This document shows positions 10,779 through 24,127 of a stretch of 64,000 nt of DNA, in pieces. This DNA is from Octopus sinensis. Its lineage: Eukaryota. The notes under the pieces were generated by a model. That model worked only from the letters and a program-made list of their open reading frames with translations, did no database searches and was not told where the DNA came from. Positions within the stretch are counted from its first letter, which is position 1; every line of letters starts with the position of its first letter. The DNA lies in the NCBI RefSeq assembly GCF_006345805.1, contig NW_021835463.1, positions 8,917-72,916 of the forward strand. Direction: 5' to 3'. The position numbers and the translations under genes were made by a program.

Positions 10779-13300
10779 GGAGTTACAACTCGTCAGGATC
10801 CAGTTAGCTCAAGACATCATCAGGAGGAACCACGTCCGGTTTCGGCCCCTACTCCTCTACCGTTTTGACGTGGCGGTCCCCCCCCCACTTTCGGAGGTGT
10901 CTTCAGCTCTGGTGTTGGGTGCATGTCTTCTTTCTTCTTCTTTCTTCTGTTCCCTGGCCTCTTCAATGTATCGTCAGCGAGTGTCAGCCAGTGACTGACT
11001 GTCTTGTCAAATTTCTCCCTTTAAATACCTGCCACATAGGCTCCTGCAGGCAGCCCCAGCAAGTTGTCACGTGACACTGTCTCACCTTAACTGACTAGTG
11101 AAGGCGGGTAGTTTTAGCCTGCTCTTTTTCTAAACGACCGTCACCTGTCAGTCAGCGAAGCTGATTCAGTCAGCTTGTCTCACCTAATGATATTATTTCC
11201 CGTCGGCGTGTTTATGACTTTCAAGCCATTTTCGGTCTTCCCGCTTAAGCCATATATAGAAGCTGGCTTTTTCAACCGCCTCCTGTACTCTCCTTATTAG
11301 TTTATGCAGCTCGGGGCTAGAAAAAACAAATCTTCTTTTGAAAAGCGTTGTCATTTTCTTTTCAATGAAGCCTCTAGCCCCCACTGATAATATTCGACAT
11401 TCCATCCCTGTTCTCTGCATTCTTCGATTAGCTTTTCATACCTCTTCTCCTTTCGTTCCTCTGCATTGCCGATGTTCTCTTCCCAAGGTACTGTCAGTTC
11501 TAGTAAAATTCCCATTTTCCGGTCTCTGTTCCATTGAACTAAATCCGGTCTTTTTGTTGTTTTTATTAGTGGAAATACTACTTGTCTTTCCAAGTCTGTG
11601 GCCACCTCCCAGTATCCCTTCCATCTTTCGTCTATCTCGTATACTTTACTTGTAGGCCTGGTTTTATAACCTTTTCCCTCCTTGTGGAAGTATACTTTCC
11701 TGCGCTTTTCTACTTTTGGGTACTCTCCCTTATTGTACCTCTCAATCTTCTCCTTGAGTGCTGCGCTTATGACACCGAGGACTTGATTATGCCGCCATGT
11801 ATATCTTTCAAGTGCTAGTCTGCAACCTGACAGAACATGTCTAACCATTGCTTTCTCTCCGCATCTACACTCATCGGTTTTGTTTATGTTCCACCGGACT
11901 AAGTTCGCTGGTGAGGGTAGAACGTCGAAGGTAGACTTGATCAGGAAGGATGTCCTTGCTTGTTCCCAAGCCCAAAGTTCCTTCCATGATATTCTGCGGT
12001 TGATCACATATTCCTCCCATCTCAGGCACTGTCCCTGTTGACTGCATTGCACCAAATGTACATTTCGCCTTTCTTCTTCCTCCTTTCTCACTTCGTATAC
12101 CACTGCCTCTTTCATCTCTTTTACACTGCTCTTGCAAAATGGCTTGAAATTTTGTGACCCTAGGCCGGTTCTAGCTTCTTGTGTCACTCCGACTATCTGC
12201 GTGCTTTAGTTTTCCGATCGCCCTGTTTACTGCCTCTTCCGCCTTCCATTTCCTCCCTGTTCGTACCTTTGGTGGATTTTCCCGGATGCTCTGATCTTTT
12301 GAATACCTTAGCATCATTACTGCCCTTGCCTTTCCTGCCTTATATTCTTTGGTGATTGATGTTATTAGTAGTTGCAGCATGGGTTTTCCATATAGTGCAG
12401 TTGTATTCAGTGGTTTCGGCAGACCAGGCCATTTTCTGATAAACACACTGCATCATTGCTCCATCCTTTCTACTCTACTCGAGGCTATTTTGTACATTTG
12501 CAATGGCCACATTATTCTTGGGTACAGCCCAAATTGCAGTATTCAACATTTGAATTTTCCCGGCAGCGTTGTTCTGTCAATTGCCTTTAATCCTTGTTCC
12601 ACTAACTCGTGTGTTTCTTTCCCTTGCTACTTATCATTTAATAAATCTCTATACCATCTGCCGAGACTCTTTACTGGTTGTTCTTTCACCGTTGGCATGT
12701 CTTCACTTCCTATCCTGAATTTCACTTCTTCTTGCCTTCCTTTCACGAAAGCCACACTTCGAGATTTTTTGGCTTTGAATTTCATCCTTGCCCATCCTAT
12801 CAGTTCGTCCAACTGCTCTAATGTTCCCTCTGCTGCTTCTCTACTTTCTGATAATATAGTTACGCCGTCCATAAAAGCCCTTAATGGTGTCTTTGTAACA
12901 GCTTTCTCACAGTTTGTAGATCTGAGTAGCATTTTCATGACTAGCACTAATAAGATGACTGATATGGTGCATCCGACTGCAATACTTATTTCAAGCTGTT
13001 GCCACTCCGTTGTGAACTTTCCTGCTGTAAATCTCATCTTCAGGTTGTCGTAGTACAACATGAGCATTCGTTGAACATCTTTGGAATCCAAACGAAGTCC
13101 ATCGCTGTTTTTATTATTGTGTGCAGAACAGATCCATAAGCATTGGCAAGATCTAGCCAAACAATAAATAGGTTTTTCTTCATTGTTTTTGCACAGGTGA
13201 TGGCTTCCCAGATGGAAAATGCGTGTTCTATGCACCCAGGGATTCCTGCTTTTTGAATCGCTTCATTAACGTATCTGTTATGCTGTACGAATCTTATGAT
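10779..13300 (-). mobile_element. 5'-truncated, frameshifted non-LTR retrotransposon with a restriction-like endonuclease (HERO-like)
   Basis: RT motifs GCTISVILL, RAFMDGVT and MKFKAKKSRS (12627-13235). C-terminal CRC...HVLSGC, RHNQV, RPDLV, LLELTVPWEE and RKEKRY (11351-12187) form the CCHC + RHD + PD-(D/E)xK layout of RLE elements. 3'UTR at ~10779-11190. Confidence 0.88.
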
Positions 13301-14946
13301 TCATCTAGCAAATGATAGGAATGAGGGTGACAGCATCTCTTCTGTTGCCCTCATCACATTCGGTCAAAAGTGGAATCATAAACGCTTAGCATTCTAGTCC
13401 ACCAAAAAGCCAGACCGTTTTGATTATCCTGCCACGTTATTTTCGACGGACCAGAACCGTTTTAGCGATCTCATTTTCAACCCCATCTCCTCCGATCATA
13501 TTTTGGTGGTTTTCTGCCCCAAACTGGCAAACCTCAGCACAGAAAGACAGCCAATTTACAGAGGTTTTACAGCAGAATCCGAGATTTTCCTCGATTAATC
13601 TGTGCTGAAGAAGTGATTTATGAAAATCAAAATCTTCCAAGGCGGAACATGGGTGTTTTCCAGAAAGGAGTTCTTCAATAAAGATTCAGAATATCCACAA
13701 TCCCTTCTGGATTGGCGACGTCGTCGTACCATCCTACGGCAACACTACAAGTTCGTTTCCTTGTGCAAAATACATGGAAAATTATATGTCGGACAATTGT
13801 GGGTTAACGGCAGGACACCGTGTTCCATGAAAAACGTAATGGTAGTATTATTTTTACCGTGGAAACGGAGAACTCCTTCATAAAGAGTGATATTGCAACA
13901 GTTGCATAGAGCTAGGATGTTAGAGAAAAATTAGGATTTTGTGTATCTGTGCGCGCACATGTGTAAATAGAAGAGAAGAGAGAAATAGAGTGAGTGAAGG
14001 TGATGATGGATGCCTTTTAAGGTACACACTCATTTTGAAAATGTGACAGCATGGTCGTCGCATAAAATGTTTACGATAGATAACTTATGGAAAAGATTAT
14101 TTTAAATTTTTGTAATTCAAATATGTCCTGTCAATGAAAATAAAGTTGGCGTAGTTAATAGTGGAAATAGTACTGAATCTTTTGCTACCCCATACGTGAA
14201 AACTGATCCACACACCCCTCCCTACTCAGCAATAGAGGGTGCGTGAGCGCAACAATCTCTACAACTCAAAGAAAATGAACGGCTTAAACAAATGGAACAG
14301 CATGTTTTACATAAGGGTTGTGTAGGTCGGTCTTGTTTTTTCGCTTTAAAGGTAAACGATTCTCATAGAAGCAAACACGATATTGAATAATTCGGTACTA
14401 CTTAAGAAGAGTGGTCCCTCTCCTTCTCTCTCTCCAGCTCCCTCCCCTCCTCTCTCTCTAGCTCCAACTCAACCTCTCACTCTCTCCAGCTCTCTCAGCA
14501 GACGACATTGAAGCGTTACTTCTGAACGGCTGAAAATTTCTTCGCTCCAATTAATAAAGGTAATTTTTTGCAGCTTATACATCCAGAAATCAATATATAG
14601 AGTAATTTTAGCAGGTATGTAAAACATTGTTTTCATAAACTTTGACTTGTTTCACACAAACATTAAAAAGGTTTATTTTTTTCTCCAGACATCGTTACCA
14701 CTAACTTTTATAACTTCAGCATTCGTTTATCACCAATTGTCATCTCGGAAAAAAAAATTTTTTCCACAAATTTCTTTATAATAGTCATGTATGCCGTTTG
14801 AAAGGTGTCTGTTTAAACTTTTATTGAAAAAAAACTGCATTTTCCCAAAAGTTACGAGAGAAAAGCTCGGATCTTCTGAATTTTACGAGGTCTTCTGGTC
14901 GCCCTCTTGCAAGAAATTTTCTCCACAAATTTCTTTATAATCGTCA

Positions 14947-15845
14947 TGCTTTTCAATCTTTTTGCTGGAGCCGAACCCCAAGGAAACATTCCACTGGCTT
15001 GAGGAACCCCTGTGCAATAATCTAATTGTCTTATGCAAAAAAAACAGCATTTAATTAATGAAATGAAAATACTCATGTTCAGATTTATTTACAATTAAAT
15101 CACAAACTAAAAAAATTGTCATGTACATATGCAATTTTATTCTTGCATCTACGTTATTATTAAAACGTGTATTAAAAAACTTTAGTTTTAATAGGTTACA
15201 TTTATTCTCATCAAAAACTCAACGAGAAACTTGAGCCTGGTGTTTCTTGCACAACTCTTTAAGATTGGGTCGTGTTTCTGATAGATACACACAAAGTTCA
15301 TCTTCCACAGACCGCAATTGTGCTTGATGGTTGTCAGGACTAAAAATCCAAATTCACAGGAGTAGGAGTTGAAAACTGCACAAGAAGTCGCAGCGCTTTC
15401 TGGGCGATTGCAGGATACTCCTTTTCAACCAGCAACCAAAATGCATCCAGGTGAAGCTCAGAATGTTCTGTCATTTAAAACACTGGCAAGTTCTTCTTCT
15501 GTTAATGTGAACTGTTCTTCAAATGGCTCAAATTCCACAAATAGGTTTCTAATCCAGTCATACTGGTCAACAGATATCCATGGAAAATATTTGTCAAGAT
15601 TTGTTAACAAAGTGTGTAAATGGTTCAAAATCAGTAGCGCAGCTTCTTGACAATTCCTTTTAAAAACACTTGGAAACATTTCCAAATTTCCTGCAGCTAT
15701 GCGTTTCTTCCATATTGTCAGTTTCTTCTGAAAAGCATTTATTTTGTCAGTAGAAGACAAGATATTTTCGTTCCTGCCCTGCATGCCATTGTTCAAGAGG
15801 CTTACCTCATGAAATATATCGGCAAGATATACTAACTTGGAACCC
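14947..15845 (-). mobile_element. hAT (Buster/ZBED5/SCAND3-like) transposase 3' remnant with terminal sequence
   Basis: YLADIF..., LNNGMQGRNENI...INAFQKKLTIWK...NLEMFP...WIRNLF (15458-15840), dimerisation-domain remnants ending ...RPNLKELCKKHQAQVSR, and a terminal tract gcttttcaatctttttgctggagccgaaccc resembling Buster-type ends. Confidence 0.78.
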
Positions 15846-16325
15846 TATTTTCCTTAAAGATACGAGGGAAACGCTCGGATCTTGTGAATTTCCAGAAATC
15901 ATCTCACCACCTTTTTTGGAAAAGACTGTCGCCATAAACTTCTAGGAAATCTGAATGTATGTCAAAAGGAATATATTTCAATTATATTTCATAGAATAAA
16001 AAAACCCATTTTCCTTAAAGATACAACGAAAACGCTCGGATCTTGTGAATTTCCAGAAATCATCTCCCCATAAACTTCTAGGTAATATGAATGTATGCCA
16101 AAAGAAATGCATTTCTATTAAATTTCATTGAATAAAAACCCCATTTTCCTTAAAGATACGACGGAAACGCTCGGATCTTGTGGATTTATAAAAATCATCT
16201 CCCCACTCTTTTTGGAAAAACTGTCCCCATAAAATTCTAGGTAATCTGAATGTATGCCAAAAGAAAAGCATTCCCATTAAATTTCATTGAAGAAAACCCC
16301 AACGTTTCTTAAAGATACGACAGAA
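15845..16325. repeat. Tandem repeat, ~135-160 bp unit, about 3.5 copies
   Basis: TTTCCTTAAAGATACG..GAAACGCTCGGATCTTGTG recurs at ~15848, 16008 and 16143, and partially at 16305. Related motifs occur at 14745-14945. Confidence 0.85.
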
Positions 16326-16618
16326 ATAGTCTTTTTATGTCGAATAGTTTAATGGCGAAGATGTAAACACACCAACGCAGGTGAGGGATAAACACGCACA
16401 CATACGACAGGCTTCTATTAGTTTGTTTACCAATCCACTCACAAAGCTTTGGTTGGCCCAAGTAAATAGTTGAAGACATTAGCCCAAGGTGCCATGTGGT
16501 TGGGAAGCAAACTACTTACTACATATTTAATATGACTTATTCCATTTATTACTTAATTTATGTATGCATTTTCTTCCGTTTAGCGTAATTAGTAAAAAAA
16601 GTTCGAGTGTATAAACAG

Positions 16619-16716
16619 GGCGAAGGTGTAGAATATGCACACCATTCGTTTTCGGGTTAGGGTTAGAGTTAGGATTATGCCGAAGACAGGTGGTGTGTGT
16701 ATTCTTTACCTCCGCC
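16619..16716. repeat. Small inverted-repeat element enclosing a short telomere-like tract
   Basis: GGCGAAGGTGTAGAATATGCACACCA (16619-16644) pairs imperfectly with TGGTGTGTGTATTCTTTACCTCCGCC (16691-16716). The core is GGGTTAGGGTTAGAGTTAGG. Confidence 0.7.
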
Positions 16717-17419
16717 ATTTTTTAAAATTACACTCAAGCAAAAGTATAATTTATGAATATTTTTTCTATTCGAAAGTCCTCTCCCCATTCCGCCCGAAAA
16801 GATTTTCCCCACAAAATTCTTCATAATCGTAATCTATGCCATTTGAAAGGTATTGATTCCGTAACTCCTTAAAAGGTTTTAAAAAAAGAAAGAAATTAAT
16901 GAAAATGTTCAATTTTTTTTCTTCTAATAATATTACGAACTGTTAAGTCTAGTCCCTATCCCAGCATGCCTCTCTCTCTATCGTCTGCTTTTTTTTACAT
17001 TTGTACAAGACACGAGTCGACATGCTTCAGGTAAGTAATTTCTTAAAGCAGAGAGTAAAAAAAAAGTGTGAGAATGACTATTTGTTGTTTAAATTATTCA
17101 TTAATAAAGACTCACAAATGTTTTATTGTTCAATGTATATATTATTGTATATTATATTTATTGTTCAATGTATATATAACTGTATATTAATATTTACTCT
17201 AGATTAAGTCGTCCAAATTTGAAATAGCTACAATATTGACATAATCAACAAAGGATTTGTAGAAACTTGAGCCAGCCTTTTATATTGTATTTACTTTTTA
17301 GTAAATATGAATGATAGATTCGTTTTGTATAGCATTATGAAGTTATAAGAAAATTTAACATATGTTAGTGATTAATCTGGTTAAACTAAAGCGTTAAACC
17401 CGGTCAAAAAAAAAAAAAA

Positions 17420-17725
17420 ATGTGTAACATGTGTAAAACAACTTGCTCTAAACGAATATGACAAAAAAAAATGCACACTCGCGAAAGTGGGGTGGGTAAG
17501 AGGCCTCGGAAAATTCACATCGGGAATTTCCGAAAGCGTCTGACACGAGCACAAAAACAAAAATAGTGTAATAGGTGTAAAACAACTTGCTCTAAACGAA
17601 TATGATGAAAATAATGCGCGCTCGCGAAAGTGGGGTGGGAGAGAGGCCTCGGAAATTTCACATCTTCAGTCCATGGCCTTTAAAAAAAATAGTGTAATTG
17701 GTGTAAAACTACTTGTTCTAAACGA
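17420..17725. repeat. Tandem repeat, ~130-145 bp unit, about 2.3 copies
   Basis: GTGTAAAACAACTTGCTCTAAACGAATATG...CGCGAAAGTGGGGTGGG..AGAGGCCTCGGAAA at ~17432 and ~17575, partial at 17701. Confidence 0.85.
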
Positions 17726-18718
17726 TTATCAAGAACACACACTCACACATGAATCATAAACTCCGTATTTTTGTACGTGATTCGCCAAAAAAAAAAGAAG
17801 AAAATAAACTGTAAATGTATATCATCTATTTTACAACCGTGCAAATACGGAACTATAATGGCTGAAAATTGGTGTCTGACTTTTCGCAAAGCATTGTGGG
17901 ATTGTCGTCTGTATGATATCAATGGCGCGAGATTCAGTTTTTTATTGAAATTTTTATTGAATATTGGTCCTGCAGAGTGAAAGAAGTAAGTAAGAAATTA
18001 TTATTAGACTGGAGAATGATACTCCACATCCCCATTAAGGACTTTTCGTTTTCAATGTACTCGAGTGTTGTTGTTTCTGTTATTGTTGTGATGTGTGGTT
18101 GCATGTTCGAAATGTAATTAGATAAGTTTTCAACAGACATTCTAACTGATTTGTCAGTCGAGAAGCATACAATCTCTCTATTTTTTAATTTGTTATGGCC
18201 TTTCTTAATTTTGGTGTCAAGATCACGGGTCTTATTTTGTGTTCGTTTTTGTTTATGCCTTGGGTGTGTAATTAGAGAAAGCTGACAGGAGTTTGGATTT
18301 AGTAAGGGTAAACTTTGCTGTACTGGAACGAAAACAATTGCAGCATGGAAGGTGTTTATAAGCCATTTAAGAAACACACAAAAACCGTTAGATTCACTTT
18401 AATATTAAATTTAATTTGTCAAAATATTTTCGTTGTTTTGAGACTGCGACTTCACTGACAAAATTCCGTGCTGCATCTGAGAAAGTAACAGTTAGTTCAT
18501 GATATATATGTACGTACGTATGTATGTATGTATTTATGTATGTATATGTGTGCATGTATGTATGTACTTATATACTTACGTATGTGAGTATTTAGGAGAA
18601 ATAGACGTGTCTGTGTATGTACTTGCGAACGTATGTTTATGTAATATGTGTCAGTTCAATTTGTATACTTGATTGTTACCTTGCCACTCGCTATGCAAGT
18701 ACATCACTTTCTCTCTCT

Positions 18719-18815
<97 letters not shown>

Positions 18816-20589
18816 AGCAGATTGTAACATAGATAAATATATAGACAGAAATAGATAGTCAGAAGAAGAATAGACATACCAACTACCAAACACCAAGAAA
18901 GATAGACTGTTTGATAGCTCGATAGATATATAGATAAATAGATAGATGCTTATGTTTTTTATTGCTACGCATCACTCATTTTGTCCATTTTATGTTTCTC
19001 ACCTGTACTGCCCTTTGTAAAGAATTAGCAAACTGAGCTGTTTTGCAATAAAGGCTTGAATGGATTGAGAGCCATATGATAAACTGGTGAAGGAAGCATG
19101 GATTTAAACTCTGCCTTATTAATTGCTTATTGGTGAAATAGCATAAAAAAATTGTTTATGGTTAAGATTTCTTAATTAATATCAGTTTCTATATTAGTGT
19201 ATGCATCTTTAGTGAAATGATGATGAACTCTCTTACAATATGACTATGTGAATTGCTGAAATTATGGTATATTGTAAATTTCACGAATATTTGAATGACA
19301 GGAAAGCTATCCTGTTTCCTAACATGCAGATTTATTTTTCCCAAGTCATTTGATTAATTGGTCATGTTTGTAAAACAGGGGAATGCCTCAAATTTTAGAG
19401 GAAGTGGTTAATTGATTAAATTGATCTTATTACTTGACTTGCACTTTTTTTATCAACCATGAAAGGAAGAGAAACAAAGTTAGCCTCAACAGGATTTGAA
19501 ACTAGAATATAAAGAGCTGGTAGAAATATTGGAAGGTATTTTGCCAACACTCTAACAATTGTGCCTCTCCACCATCTTAAGTTTAATAGAATAAAATCTG
19601 TGAATGAATTTTGATGAATTTCTTGTGTAGTTTTAATGAAAGTTGGTCTCACATTGCTTGCATTTATATCTTTCCTGAGACATGTAAAAGTTTTCATTTG
19701 TATAATACTTGGCTGCTTGTCACTTCAAATAAAGAGTAGTGAACTGATATTAAAGCCAAAATTTTCCTTTCGCTACTATTAGGATGTTTTTCATTTTTAC
19801 TTTCAGGGTTAAAAAATGAATGATTACACTTATTGGTTTACATGCAAACTTTTGTTTATTTTATATCCTTCTATATGTTGGATATGCAAATTTCACAAAG
19901 CGGGGATAGACACAACTGTCTTCACACAACCTACTTCAGATTACTCCACTAAACACAATACTCTAATAAATAGAAACTCTGAACAATGTCAACAACTTCC
20001 ATGAACTCCCAATGACTCTCTTTGTCTCAACCAATATGCTAATTTTTTTATAAGAGTTTTGCTAGTCCATTCTTCCAATCCCATAGGGGTGCCAATGACT
20101 CTCACCACAACAGTTTATACATGTATATTTTACCAAAACAAGTATCCCATGCGAAGCTTCACCTGTATGTAAGTACATAACTTTTTTGTTAATTTAAGTT
20201 TCTGTAGTTAACCATAGCTGTTTGTAAATTGAACACCTGTTTCTCTGTGTATATTGAACAATTTCCATAAGATATATATGTTTGTTTCCCAATGCCATGG
20301 TTTAGGGTCTAGTTCTACTGTGTGGCATTTTGGGCAAGAGTCTTCGACTATAGGTAGAGATCAACAAATGCATTTTTAGTGAAAGTGGTTGATGGGAACT
20401 CTATGAAGCTTATTGCATGTGTGTGTATACACCATATCAATTATGTGATGCATGTTATAGGTAACTGTTGACAAAAAGTGCAAAATACTCATTGAAAAAT
20501 CAAAATAATTTAGAGTAATGTCAAGAAGGGATGTAGAATGGATAGTGGAAGGTGTCCCACAGTATTGCAGCCTAGGCCTATGTGTCATC

Positions 20590-21075
20590 TTGCTACTGCA
20601 AGAGAGTACAGACCATTGAATGTTTGTGAAATATTGGCAGCTAAGATTATGAACTCTTTGGATTTACTGATTACCTTGATGTCAGTGAGATTGCCATTGT
20701 CAAACAAGAGATTTGTTACCTTAGTAAGTGTCTACCCTCCAACCATGTGTTCCTCTGAAGAGAAAAAAAGACTAATATTTTATCTTTCATGAAAAAAGCT
20801 TCTACGCAGTGTTCTTTCTGCTATATAAAATCTTCATACTTGGTGATTTGAATGAAAGCATTTGCAGAGATAAAAAAATTTGGGATATAATTGGGAAACA
20901 TGAAGCCAGAAAATGCAATAGTAATGGCTTGTTTAGTACTGCAAGTGTGTTCGATTTTTGCATATACTGGGTGACTGTCAATCTCCTAGTGTGGAGCATG
21001 CTGTATTTGAGCACCAAATATGTGGGAGTATTTATGTGATCAAGATGAAAGGCAATTAGGTCTCTCATTAATTTC
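20590..21075 (+). mobile_element. Decayed AP-endonuclease fragment of an RTE-type LINE
   Basis: LMSVRLPLSNKRFVTLVSVYPPT...EEKK..FY followed, after a frameshift, by IFILGDLNES...IIGKHEARKCNSNG. Confidence 0.75.
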
Positions 21076-21429
21076 TGTTTGGTGAGTTGGCCCTGAGGAA
21101 AAATCTAGGCAACAAATTGAAATTAAGGCATGAATGCATTAGAGACACTTAGAGGATCTAGATCAAATTAGAGAAAGTGAAAACATCACTAAGTTTTTGA
21201 TGGAAAAAATTGTTTCATGTTGGAATGAGTGAATTTGAATGAATCTCAATAAAATCTTAGTGTGCATGAAAAGCTTGAGAGAGATTTTTGAAAAGGTCTT
21301 AATGTTAATGTTTCCATTGTGTTTTGCTTCAAAAACTATGTAGACATGACAGAATTAAATAGACATCCTTATAATTGTTAAAATTTATTTAAATTATTAA
21401 TTATTATAATGTGAATATCTAATATTTAG

Positions 21430-22400
21430 TAGACAGGCTCCTTGCATTTTTGAATGCAAGGACCCTAGCAGGCATGCTACTGATCTGATGAATATTCTCT
21501 TCATGATTTTCTTGCCAAGTTTCTTCTTGCAGTAATATCAAAAGATCTGGCTTTAAGGATGCTTTCTTTTCTTTTTAGGAAGTATCCCATCCATCATGCC
21601 TCAGAGGTGTTCAGTAGGGTTCATATCTGGTGATTGGCTTAGCTATGGAAGCTTTTTAATGCCATTCTCTTCCAACCAATCCTGGGTCTTTTAGTTGTGC
21701 AAGAAAGCCCTATCTTCCATAAATAGTGTTATTTAATCATTTTACCCCTGGAGGTTATAGGAAGAAGATTTTTCTATAATATGGACACATTTATCTGAGT
21801 TTATGTATCCCTCACATTCCACCATTTCTGATTGACTATTGCTCCAAACTGCTCTCCAGACCATCACATGTTTCATTGTTGGCTGCAATATATTCACGTG
21901 AAAATATTGGTGACTGATTCTCCAGACCCACATTCGACCAGTGTCAGAAAATACAGCAAATCTGGATTCATCAGAGAATTTGACAGTGTCCCAAAGTGCT
22001 AGTGACCTCTCTACCATTTCACTTGTCCAATCTTTTCTCCATTTGATATTGGCTGGTCGAAGCAGTGTCTTCTTTCTTGCTGCTCTGCCATAATAGCCAA
22101 TTTTGCAGAGATAACTGACAGCTATTCTGGGACTGACATCAACTTATTCTGCTATATTGGAGGCCTTGCAATGAGGATTATCTTACACACTTCTCTTAAG
22201 AAAGCAAAGTGTTCTGTCAGAGGGCCTTAGTCTACCTGGGTAAGGTGATATGGACTACTTTCCCGTTTAGTGAATTGAAAAATTACTCTATTTACTGTAG
22301 AAAGTGGAATCACAATGTTTTCTGTGGTTTTAGGCTAAGTCAGCCTTGAAATAGGCGCAGCATATGGCCTCTTTGTAAATTGGACATTTTTAAGGCTTCT
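21430..22400 (-). mobile_element. Decayed Tc1-type transposase
   Basis: WDTVKFSDESRF...VWR...PTMKH.VMVW (21742-22017), then FMED...WLEENGIKKLP*LSQSPDMNPTEHL: the Tc1 DDE motifs, with stop codons. Confidence 0.85.
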
Positions 22401-24127
22401 TTTGTACATGGCATGATTAAACAGTTACATATAGAACCTGAAACATATAAATGTCAATTAATAAAAAAAATATAAACCTCTTCAAGTTATAATAACAATG
22501 TGTTAATGGGTATCTATTTACTTTTGTGTTTGTGTACAAATGTATCATTTGTTACAACTGCACTTTGAAAGAAAAAGAAAACCTTTAGTAGAAAATTAGC
22601 ATTAGCTACGACAACGTTACCCAACTATTAAATCTTATATTTTTCAAACTCATGCTAGGATGGAAAAATGAACGTAGGTATGAGACTTATTTTTACACAT
22701 GTATTGATGCATAAAACATGAAATTATGTTGTCTACATACTTAAATACTTGCAATTAATTCATTGTAAGAACATAGAATTTTGACAGGTTTTCTTGAGTT
22801 GTTGCTCATCTACAATAATCTGATAAATTTGAGGTTATTGTTGGTTGCATAAGATTGTCATTGAATTTTCTCTCGACAGAAATATCTAATCATTTTATCC
22901 ATACTAGCATGGGTTGTGTGTGTCATGTTGATATCTGTTTCAGTTTAATTCCCTCTGCAATAGTTTCTTTTTTTTTGTGTTTATGCAATATGGTACTCTC
23001 ATAAAATACAGTTGTCTCTTGCCTTACACAGTATTCTGTTTCTTAGTTCACTTTTGCACAATTTTGCTCATTTTCCTCTATTTGTTTCTTTTTGTTTTTA
23101 CAAATATAGAAGTAGTACTTGCTTCAGTTTCTCATTATATTTTGTTAAATATTTTTGAATTTGAAATATTAAAATTGATTTCACTGGAAATGAAAATTCA
23201 ATGTATAAAATTAACTTTAAACTAGATGTTCAGCATCAAATGCAAAAGTTTTACAAAAAGAATTGTCCTCATCATCATCATCATCATTTAATGTCCATTT
23301 CTATGCTGGCTTGGGTTGGACAGTTTCATCAGGGCTGTAAGCTGAGGGTCTGCAGCAGACTCCAGTCTTGATTTGTCATTGTTTCTATGGCTGGATGCCC
23401 TTCTTAACATCAAGCACTCCATGAGTGTTGTGGGCAGGGGTTGTGAAAAAATTAATTGATGGGAAATTAATTACAATATATTGTCTTCTAAGGCACGGCA
23501 TGTCATGAAAGGTGTCAGTCATTAGTCATTGCCTTTATAAGTTCCAACAGTCAAAGATCATGCATTACCACCTTGTCCAATGCCTTCTTATGTCTACTTC
23601 TTCTGCCATGTAGCATAGTTGTCTGCACAGGTATAATAAATCTGGCTTTCACTCTGAAGGAGAGACCCTTAGTTACTAAACAGAGGAAGGAGCTCTCTGA
23701 ATTTGCTCAGCCTATTTTTATTCTTGCAGCCTCACTCTTGGTTCATCCACCTCTGCTACTGACTTTGTTGCTCAACAATCTTTATCGTACTCCTCTGGTA
23801 TTTGATGAAGCCCATTTTCTGTACACTTTTAGTGTTTACTGTACATGTGCACCTTCCACATGCAAAAAATATTTTCCCAGTTTACCTTCCTCTGATATTG
23901 CTACACCTATTATGTGTTATACAGAGTACATCTACCTACCTGTTTCCTTCATATTGAGGATGGCCATGTACCTGAAGGGCTTTACGATTTATCTGTTTTC
24001 CTACTTACTAAGACTTTGGGTTAGGGTTGGGTAGGTTAATTCTGTGACCTTTCAATTCTAGACCTTGCTTCCGTACGCACAATTTGTTCTCTAGTTCTGG
24101 TAGTGATTTAGCTATAAGAAGAAGCTC

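Noticed and set aside
12349-13053. 234-aa + strand ORF (likewise 25066-25659 and 24393-24863)
   Set aside because: Antisense or off-frame shadows of the LINE RT and Gypsy pol remnants.
17934-18480. 147-aa minus-strand ORF, possible retroelement remnant
   Set aside because: No motif I can identify with confidence; a profile search would be needed.
18711-18812. (CT)n-(AT)n-(AG)n quasi-palindrome as a structured RNA
   Set aside because: Compound microsatellite of a kind that is common throughout this window.
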